Below are positions 57,301-64,000 of a DNA stretch of 64,000 bases, one piece after another (position 1 is the stretch's first letter; each line of letters starts with the position of its first letter). The DNA lies in contig JBCCHT010000018.1 in the NCBI GenBank assembly GCA_039028615.1, forward strand, positions 128,001 through 192,000, written 5' to 3'. A program made the translations under genes and the position numbers. Under the pieces are notes generated by a model that searched no databases, was not told where the DNA came from, and saw nothing but the letters and a program-made list of their open reading frames with translations. The DNA is from Myxococcota bacterium. GTDB taxonomy: Bacteria; Myxococcota_A; Polyangia; Nannocystales; Nannocystaceae.

Positions 57301-57919
57301 CGGCGATCCCGACGTGATGTCGACGGCCCGGTCTGTTCAGGTGGCCGGTGATGTCGATGGTGACGGACGGCCGGATCTGCTCATCGGTGCGCCTGCGGCC
57401 GACTTCAGTGCCTCCGGGTCGGGTCGCGTGTACCTGATCTCGGGTGGGGCCGCACTCGAGCCCGGCGCACCTACCATCGCCCTGGCAGACGTGGGGTCGA
57501 CGGTCGAAGGTGTCACGTTCGATGGGGAGGCCGAGCTCGATGGGGCTGGCGCGTCGCTCATCGCCCTGGGCGACGTCAACGCGGATGGTTTCGACGACTT
57601 CGCCATTGGAGCACCCCTCGCGTCGTCGGCCACCATGTTCGCCTCGGGCCGTGGCTACGTGGTGCTGGGTCGACCCGACTTCGACCTCACGCCGTCGGTT
57701 GCGCTCGAGGACATCGCCGCGGGTGTCGGCGGGTTCGCGCTCGACGGTGAGATTTCGTTCGACTCCGCGGGTCACTCGGTGGGCGCGGCGGGAGACGTCA
57801 ATCGAGATGGGTATCCCGACATCGTGATCGGGGCGTTCAACGGTGGTCCGGCCGCGGAGGGTCGTGCCTACGTCATCTACGGCGGTGACTTCATTCAAAC
57901 CCCGGCGTCCACGCTCTGA
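54368..57919 (+). CDS. FG-GAP/integrin-alpha repeat lipoprotein: 7 repeats, a cadherin-like Ig domain, 7 repeats
   Basis: 14 GD.NGDG..D...GA-type motifs; central AVADEY...LLANDFDADGD...FTP...GRDSFEYTIED; lipobox LGAC. Confidence 0.92.
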   Translation: MQQGLPNSNSLSVLHASMAMALAVGPAALGACTAATDLDEELSGGTSSPIDESENQELHAEPPNPEPQLDDVGLGIGGFALDGETSYDYAARAFTPVGDVNGDGIDDFAVGAHGNDEGGSSAGHTYVVFGQNSFPAGPLDLGAVGGSVPGISFMGSTGDVSGYAIGGGGDFNGDGLADLIVGARGHNGSRGSTYVIYGHPQLGGSDVPLYAVELMYGTGNASGLVFRGESSSDSSGFSVANAGDVNGDGLDDLLIGAPYADPNGSASGRTYVVFGGQHSPIAAWVDLDTVAQGNGGVAIDGENGSDYSGYTVDGAGDVNGDGFADVLIGAPWADPNGNSSGRTYVVYGAEDFGTGPISLADVAAGLGGFALDGENAYDYAGRGLSRAGDVDGDGRSDILVGAPGYDGPSSASGRSYIVLGQETVAASPIALADIVSGAGGIVLDGISGNNDTGRSVDALGDLNGDGLDDVLVSADRRGPVSEPLAGTSMVVFGGDDPGLTTEPGILASVDGAWEGGFTLEGENAGDRASYALSGIGDVNGDGVPDIGVGAPYADQAGTNAGRAYVAFGDPAQGSYHVGYSRSPRAVADEYVVAQGSTLAMGGPGLLANDFDADGDGFLAVRTKFTTPAGSNVRIDIDGAMSFTPPSDQWWGRDSFEYTIEDDTGRSGVGRVDVVVSPTAISLELVATGHGGFALDGAEPFDGAAQALCGAGDIDQDGYDDLLLGAFEADSPLTSAGQSYVFYGEASTTSPIELAMAATGFSGESAFDWSGIAVSPAGDFNGDDVDDFLIGALGSDTNGNRSGRSYLVFGDSLRPSDPLATLDGNNGIIFDGAAAEDDSGRTVASVGDVNGDGFDDIAIAAYRADVSEEDEGRVYIVYGTDTGLGPLPVQLSDVGVSVPGFVIEGESAGDFAGFAVSGAADFDGDGYDDIVVGAYDALQTVWGSGRAYVIYGGPAIPSLVSLVDVADPTTVPDLGIAIDGDPDVMSTARSVQVAGDVDGDGRPDLLIGAPAADFSASGSGRVYLISGGAALEPGAPTIALADVGSTVEGVTFDGEAELDGAGASLIALGDVNADGFDDFAIGAPLASSATMFASGRGYVVLGRPDFDLTPSVALEDIAAGVGGFALDGEISFDSAGHSVGAAGDVNRDGYPDIVIGAFNGGPAAEGRAYVIYGGDFIQTPASTL

Positions 57920-57963
57920 GGGTCGCTCCCAGCTTCAATCCACAACAGAAACGACATCGAGCC

Positions 57964-60900
57964 ATGAATACGATGATTCGAACGAAGAGCGTCCTGCTCG
58001 GACTGTGCTTGCTCGCGACGCCGCTGGCGTCTTGCGATCAGTCCGCCGAAGAACAGACGCCGTCCGACGGCAACGAAACCGCCACGGGGGCGGCTCAACA
58101 GCAAGATCTACCCTGGTCCAACGAAGACGCGGACGTCTACGACGACTTCGAGCGGGAGGACGGCGAGACGCTGGGCCAGACCCCGGTCGGTGCCTATGCG
58201 TGGCGTGCCATGTCCGGTGGCCACGCTCGGTTGGTGCAGGGGCGGCTGTCCTTCTCCACGCAGCGCGGCGCGGCGACTCTCGAAGGATTCGAGGCCGAAG
58301 AACTCGCGCTTTCGCTGGAAGTCGAGGCCGCCGGGTCCGAGTCCACGTGGACGGTCGGGTATCGCTCGGACGGCGAGAGTCACTATCGGCTGGTCGGGTC
58401 TGGCTCGTCGATTGCCTTGTTCCGTGGCGACGTGCAGATCGGCCGGGCCGATGCGGAGCTCGAAGCTGGCGTTCCGGTTCAGCTGCGGTTGGTCGTTCGA
58501 GGTTCGACCCATCGCCTGTCCGTCGACGGGGTCGAAGCCCTGCGGGTCGACGATGAAGGCGGCCCCGCGCGAGGAGGCATCGAACTCGGGGGCAAGGGCG
58601 TTGCCTTCGAAGAGCTGTGGATTGCTGCCTCCGTTCCCGACGACGATCGGTTGACCGAAGGCGAGGGGCGTACTCGAGGTGCCTCGAGCGCGGGTCCGGG
58701 TGCGTTGGCGCCCGGCGGAGGCTCAGATCCGGGAGAGGACGCAGACGATCTGACCATCACCCTCGGGGGCGCCGGAGGTGGCGGCGGCGGTGCTGGTGGA
58801 GACGGTGGCGCGGGTGGAGACGGCGGTGCGGGTGGGGCAGATCCCAATCCCAGCACCTCCGACGACGATCCGCTTCGGGCGAGCTCCGCTCCTCCGCTCG
58901 ACCTCACCGTGCCTACCAACCTGTATCAGCAGGTGCGGTTCTTGTTCGAGGGTCCCGCGGCGGAGCAGCAGGGGGCGGACCTCGATGTTCTGCAGCCGGC
59001 CCGTATCGCCGTGATCCACGGGTGGGTCCGCGATGCATGGGGTAACCCGCTGTCGGGCGTCGATGTCTGGGCCTTGGGGCATCCCGAGTTCGGTGCGACC
59101 GTCACCCGCTCCGACGGGTCGTACGACCTCGTCGTCGCCGGAGGAGCGCCACGGTCGGTCGTCCTCTCTCATCCCGGGTTCTTGTCGGCTCAACGTCGCA
59201 TCACCACCGAGGCGGGGCGGTCGCACCGGGCGGACGATGTCGTCATGTTGGCGATGGATCCCGAGTCCACGCCGATCTTCTTCACCGATCCCATCGAGTC
59301 TCACCACGCGTTCACGCTCAACGACGGCGACCCCGATCGCATGGCGACGGTGATGTTCCGCCAGGGCACGCAGGCCACCATGGTCTACGAGGACGGGTCG
59401 ACCGAGCCCCTTCCCGAGATGACGGTGCGCCTGACGGAGTACACGGTCGGCGAGGACGGGCCGGCTCGCATGCCGAGCCCGCTGCCTTCGGGCACGATCT
59501 ACAACTACGCGGTCGAGATCAGCGCGGACGAGGCGGAGGATGCAGGCGCGGTCAGTGTCGAGCTCGATACACCCGCATCGTTGTACGTCGACAACTTCCT
59601 CGGTTGGCCCGTGGGCACGGTGGTTCCCTCGGGGTCGTTCGATCGTGTCGCTGGCCGTTGGATGAGCGAAGCCGATGGTTTGGTGATGGAGGTCATCGGT
59701 GTCGATGGCATGGGGCTCGCAGAGCTCGACCTCAGCGGAGACGGCGTCGCGGCGACCACCGAGGAGCTTCAGAACTTCGACATCACCGACGACGAACGAG
59801 CGGAGCTGGTGTCGATCTACGCCGAGGGGGCGGAGCTATGGCGTGCGCCCATCGAGCACTTCACGCCCTTCGATCTCAACCCCTCCGGGGCCGGGAACGG
59901 TGTGCCTCCCGACGACGGATTTGGGCCGGATGACGGCGAGGTCTGCGACAGCTGCCAGGGTCCAGGTTCGATCATCCGCTATGAGAACCGTGAACTCGGT
60001 GAGCGCATGCCCATTGCGGGCACCCCCTTCTCACTCGAGTACCGCAGCTCGCGAAACCGTGGCGCGCCCAACCGCAGCATTCGCATGCAGGTCACCGGCG
60101 ACGAATTCCCACCGGAAGTGTTGCTGACGGGCCTCCTGGTTCGGGTTGGGGGCAGAGTCCTGACGAGGTTTAAACCGCCGGCTCCGAATTCGCACATCAC
60201 GATAAATTGGGATGGGTTCGATGCCTTTGGCCGATCCATGCAAGGGCCACAGCCGATCGATCTGTGCGTGGGTTGGGCTTTTCCGCCGCCTCCGAGTGTC
60301 CTCCTCGAGGCGGACCAAGCGGGTGGAGGCGGCGGAGGCGGCGGAGGCGGCGGCCAGCCTAGTCTAGATGGGCAGACGTTTGGCAACTACCCGGGGGGCG
60401 CATTCGGTACCCACTGGCCCGGTCGACTGAGCATCAACACGCTCACAAAGTGCTACGGGAACGGAAAAGCCGTTGCGGCCGCCGCAATGGACTCCATCAC
60501 CAGCGCAGGCAAGTACCGACTCGGCGGTCTCGATGCTCAGACCATTTCCGATCGTCTCGGTGGGTGGACACTCGACGTTCACCACACGCTCGCCCAATCG
60601 ACATCGACGCTCTACCGCGGTGACGGGGTCGAGCGTGAGCTCGCGGACGAAGCGATCTGGATGGCCTCGCGCTTCGGCGGGAATCGGCTCCTGGACGTTG
60701 CCTTGGTAGAAGGCCCCGCTCGCGGCGTTTCCTTCCACAATCCCACCGCGATCGCGTCGGATGCCTTGGGCAACGTCTATGTCGCGACGCCCGGCCTCGT
60801 GCGCCGCATCGGGACCGATGAGGAGGCCACGATCGTCGCCGGAACTCTGGGCGATCCCATCTCGGGATTGTACGACGCCACCGATCCCGCAGAGACGGGC

Positions 60901-63900
60901 TTCGCAGGCGATGGTGGTCCTGCCACGTCGGCCCTGCTGTCCAACGCCATCACGTCTTTGGTCGTCGATAGTGAGGGCGGCATCTACATCGCCGACAACG
61001 GCAACGCCCGTGTGCGCTATGTCGATCCCGGTGGAACCATCACCACCGTTGCGGGGTCGGGCTCGCTCGATCTCAACGATCTCCACGATGGCATGACGGC
61101 TACGGGCGGGGATCCGCTCGACGTCTCGATGACGTTGGTGTCGGACCTCGCGCTCACCCCCGATGAGGATGGACTCCTCATCACCCAGGGCTTTCAGCAG
61201 AACGGCCTCGTTCGGCTACTCACCCACGAGGGCGAACTCCTACACATCGCGGGCGATGCGTTCCCCAGCTTCATCAACCCCGATCTGCTTCGCCCTTCGA
61301 TCCCGTGCCCGGCCGATGACACGTGTTCGAATGGGTCGGGCAATATCCGCGGAACGGCGCCGTGGGACTCGATCCCTGGCTTGGGTCAACATCTTGGCTC
61401 CTACCTTCATCGGGCCGAGTGGGCGCAGTTCGATCGGGTTCGAGCGGTCGCGGCCTACGAGGAATCGATCTACGTCGGCGAGGGTGACCGGATCCGGCGT
61501 ATCGACGGCCTTCGCGGAGGCAACATCTTCGGCTTCCGTCGAGAGTACGACGTCACGCCTCCTCTGCAGTGCGGGTTTGGCTCGTGTTCCTATCCCGTCA
61601 GCACCGACATGGAGGCTGGCAGCTCGGTCGCGGATTTGCTCGCGGGCCCCGACGGGGTGTTCTTCGTGAAGGGCCAGGACCTCTATCTCGGCAAGGACGA
61701 CCTGTCGTCACCTCTCGAACGCATCGTGGGAGGGGCCGAGGCGGATACGCTCATGGAGGGAGACGGCGACCTCATGCTCGCGAATCGCCTCCTGATGAGC
61801 GCATACACGCAGATCACTCGCGGTCCCGATGGTGCGATCTACGTCGCCGATGCGGGGCGGAACTTGGTCTATCGGGTCGCGCGCATGGTGCCTCCGATGT
61901 ACACGTCCTCGCGGGTGCCGAGCGAGGATGGCTCGCAGATCTTCTTCTTCGACGAACAAGGTCGTCACCTCGAGACGCGAGATTCCCGGACCAACCAGCT
62001 CGTCTGGTCCTTCGGATACGACGAAAACGGTTTCCTCACGGGGGTGACCGATCGTTTCTCCGCGACGACGGTGATTCATCGCGATGGCTCGGGGCGTGCG
62101 ACGTCGATCGAGAGCCCGGACCATCAAGTGACGTCGCTCGACTACGATGGCCATGGCTACCTCTCGGACATCACCGATCCTTCCGGCGCCCTGACCGAGT
62201 TCGAGTACACGAACGAAGGGCTGATGACGTTGATGACGGATTCGGACTCTCGGTCCGAGTTCGACTACGACGAGAGGGGGGCGCTCGATATCGATGACCT
62301 GGTGATCTCCTATCAGGGCGCCGAGGAAAGCACGGCGACTCAAACGCTCGTGCGCAACGACATCGATCCTCGCACGGTCGAGATCACCCATACCTCTGCG
62401 GAGCAGGCCGTCACGGTCTTTCGCAGGCACCGGTCCGGTGGTTCGGTCATGGAGCGCGAGATCACGTGGCCCGACGGGACGCAGAACATCGGATACGAGT
62501 CACCGACTCGAGAAACCTTCGAGTATCCCGATGGCCGAACCATGACCACGATGTTCGAGCCTGACTTGCGAATCGGCGAGAATACCCGGGTTCCGGTGAG
62601 GGCGACGGCCGAGAACGCGGACGGCACCAGCGTCACCACGCTGTTCGACCGGCAGTTCTCACCGCACTGTTCGATCTTCACCGAAGACTGCGATCCGGAT
62701 GCGGACTCGCACTTGGATGCCGACGAGGTCGTCCGGACCGCGACCATCGCCGGCCGATCCTGGACCGAGACCTATCACCGTCGCCATACGGAAGGCGGTG
62801 TCGAGGTTCCGGGGACGTTGACCACCACGACGCCCGAGGGCCGTCAAACGACGGCGACTTACTACGAGTCGGGTCTCGTGCACGAAACGTTGGTGCCCGG
62901 CATCGCGCCCATCGTCTTCGACTACGACGCGCGCGGGCGCTTGGTCTCGACCTCGCAGACCGATGGCATCAGTACGAGACAGACGACCTACGCCTACGAC
63001 GACGATGGCTTCATCGAGTCGGTGACGACTCCGTTGGGGCAGACTTCGTACGTCTACGACGACGTGGGGCGCGTGACTCGGCAGACCCTTCCCAGCGGTC
63101 AGTTCGTCGAGTTCGGCTACGACGATGACGGGAACCGGATCTCGCTACTGCCTCCGGGGCGTCCGGCTCACACCTTCACTCATGACTCCGCGGACCGAAC
63201 CCGGAGCTACACCCCACCCGTCGTGCCTCCGTTGGTGCAGCCGGAGTCGGAGTATGCGTACAACGGGCATCACGATCCGACGATGGAGTCGTACGCCGAC
63301 GGCGAGACCATTCAGCAACTCTACGAGCCAACGACGGGTCTCCTGGACATCATCGCGACTCCCGACGGCAACTACGACTACAGCTACGAGCCGTCCACGG
63401 GGCAGCTGTCCAGCATCGAGGACCCGCAAGGAGGCGTGCTCTCGTATGCGTACTCGGGGATCTTGCTCGAGGAGGAAGCGCTGACGGGGCCGGTCTCCGG
63501 GGCTGTCTCGTGGACCCACGACTCTCGGATGCGAACGGCAACGGAGAGCGTCAACGGCTCACACACGGTCGTGCTCGGCTACGATCTCGACGATGGGCTG
63601 ACCTCGGTCGGAGAGTTGGCGATCACCAAGGACCCCCTCAACGGCCGAATCGACGGGACGACCGTGGGAGGAGTCGTTGGTAGCCACTCCAGGAACGGTC
63701 TTGGAGAGGTCTCCGTCGAGACGTACTCCTTCGGCGGCAACGACCTGTACGAGATCGAGTTGATCCGCGACGACGTCGGGAGGGTTCAGACCAAGATCGA
63801 GGTGCGCAACGGCGTCACGTCGATGCGGTGCTACGAGTACGACAACTCGAGCCGACTGACGGACGTCTACGATGGTGCGGATGCGTTCGGCTGCGTCGGC

Positions 63901-64000
63901 AACCTCGTCGAGCACTACGGCTACGACGCCAACGGCAACCGCAACGAGGTATTCAACGACGAAGTCGACATCTCGTCGGCCGAGATCGTCGTCGACGATC
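57964..64000 (+). CDS. Teneurin-like NHL/YD(RHS)-repeat lipoprotein, partial (>2000 aa, runs off the window)
   Basis: Frame +1 from ATG 57964 (MNTMIRTKSVLLGLCLLATPLASC) appears open to the end; the track lists no frame +1 ORF here. Contains TRSDGSYDLVVAGG, RLTEYTVG, NHL-type GFAGDGGPATSALL and IYIADNGNARVR, and YD repeats such as YDARGRL and YGYDANGNR. Confidence 0.9.
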   Translation, partial: MNTMIRTKSVLLGLCLLATPLASCDQSAEEQTPSDGNETATGAAQQQDLPWSNEDADVYDDFEREDGETLGQTPVGAYAWRAMSGGHARLVQGRLSFSTQRGAATLEGFEAEELALSLEVEAAGSESTWTVGYRSDGESHYRLVGSGSSIALFRGDVQIGRADAELEAGVPVQLRLVVRGSTHRLSVDGVEALRVDDEGGPARGGIELGGKGVAFEELWIAASVPDDDRLTEGEGRTRGASSAGPGALAPGGGSDPGEDADDLTITLGGAGGGGGGAGGDGGAGGDGGAGGADPNPSTSDDDPLRASSAPPLDLTVPTNLYQQVRFLFEGPAAEQQGADLDVLQPARIAVIHGWVRDAWGNPLSGVDVWALGHPEFGATVTRSDGSYDLVVAGGAPRSVVLSHPGFLSAQRRITTEAGRSHRADDVVMLAMDPESTPIFFTDPIESHHAFTLNDGDPDRMATVMFRQGTQATMVYEDGSTEPLPEMTVRLTEYTVGEDGPARMPSPLPSGTIYNYAVEISADEAEDAGAVSVELDTPASLYVDNFLGWPVGTVVPSGSFDRVAGRWMSEADGLVMEVIGVDGMGLAELDLSGDGVAATTEELQNFDITDDERAELVSIYAEGAELWRAPIEHFTPFDLNPSGAGNGVPPDDGFGPDDGEVCDSCQGPGSIIRYENRELGERMPIAGTPFSLEYRSSRNRGAPNRSIRMQVTGDEFPPEVLLTGLLVRVGGRVLTRFKPPAPNSHITINWDGFDAFGRSMQGPQPIDLCVGWAFPPPPSVLLEADQAGGGGGGGGGGGQPSLDGQTFGNYPGGAFGTHWPGRLSINTLTKCYGNGKAVAAAAMDSITSAGKYRLGGLDAQTISDRLGGWTLDVHHTLAQSTSTLYRGDGVERELADEAIWMASRFGGNRLLDVALVEGPARGVSFHNPTAIASDALGNVYVATPGLVRRIGTDEEATIVAGTLGDPISGLYDATDPAETGFAGDGGPATSALLSNAITSLVVDSEGGIYIADNGNARVRYVDPGGTITTVAGSGSLDLNDLHDGMTATGGDPLDVSMTLVSDLALTPDEDGLLITQGFQQNGLVRLLTHEGELLHIAGDAFPSFINPDLLRPSIPCPADDTCSNGSGNIRGTAPWDSIPGLGQHLGSYLHRAEWAQFDRVRAVAAYEESIYVGEGDRIRRIDGLRGGNIFGFRREYDVTPPLQCGFGSCSYPVSTDMEAGSSVADLLAGPDGVFFVKGQDLYLGKDDLSSPLERIVGGAEADTLMEGDGDLMLANRLLMSAYTQITRGPDGAIYVADAGRNLVYRVARMVPPMYTSSRVPSEDGSQIFFFDEQGRHLETRDSRTNQLVWSFGYDENGFLTGVTDRFSATTVIHRDGSGRATSIESPDHQVTSLDYDGHGYLSDITDPSGALTEFEYTNEGLMTLMTDSDSRSEFDYDERGALDIDDLVISYQGAEESTATQTLVRNDIDPRTVEITHTSAEQAVTVFRRHRSGGSVMEREITWPDGTQNIGYESPTRETFEYPDGRTMTTMFEPDLRIGENTRVPVRATAENADGTSVTTLFDRQFSPHCSIFTEDCDPDADSHLDADEVVRTATIAGRSWTETYHRRHTEGGVEVPGTLTTTTPEGRQTTATYYESGLVHETLVPGIAPIVFDYDARGRLVSTSQTDGISTRQTTYAYDDDGFIESVTTPLGQTSYVYDDVGRVTRQTLPSGQFVEFGYDDDGNRISLLPPGRPAHTFTHDSADRTRSYTPPVVPPLVQPESEYAYNGHHDPTMESYADGETIQQLYEPTTGLLDIIATPDGNYDYSYEPSTGQLSSIEDPQGGVLSYAYSGILLEEEALTGPVSGAVSWTHDSRMRTATESVNGSHTVVLGYDLDDGLTSVGELAITKDPLNGRIDGTTVGGVVGSHSRNGLGEVSVETYSFGGNDLYEIELIRDDVGRVQTKIEVRNGVTSMRCYEYDNSSRLTDVYDGADAFGCVGNLVEHYGYDANGNRNEVFNDEVDISSAEIVVDD

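Overview
High-GC chromosomal window. Gene content (DUF1592/DUF1552 pair, many Cys-rich lipoproteins, a Ser/Thr kinase, FG-GAP and YD-repeat giants) suggests a myxobacterium, which is an inference. Housekeeping genes: rpsF (3' end)-rpsR-rplI, nadA, egtB-egtD, glmS, pyrF, leuA-like, thiolase, comEA-like, rsgA-like, proC, a TetR-SDR-SDR unit and a TetR-RND efflux unit. No rRNA, tRNA, CRISPR array, transposase or integrase was recognised. The main signals the ORF track misses are six. (1) A lipoprotein peroxiredoxin-like selenoprotein with an in-frame UGA in a WUPFC motif and a SECIS-like hairpin, next to egtBD. (2) A highly structured 181-bp element present twice in inverted orientation, each copy inside a strand-specific C-depleted halo; copy A is also flanked by G4-like repeats. 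(3) A candidate LexA-controlled orphan gene with a nuclease-like fold. (4) A promoter, a 22-aa leader peptide and a long leader in front of rsgA. (5) A probable operon of a double integrin-alpha-like propeller protein and a >2000-aa teneurin-like YD protein that runs off the window end. (6) Twin NemR-like operators with a probably leaderless tetR. All family assignments come from motif recognition by eye, not database searches.
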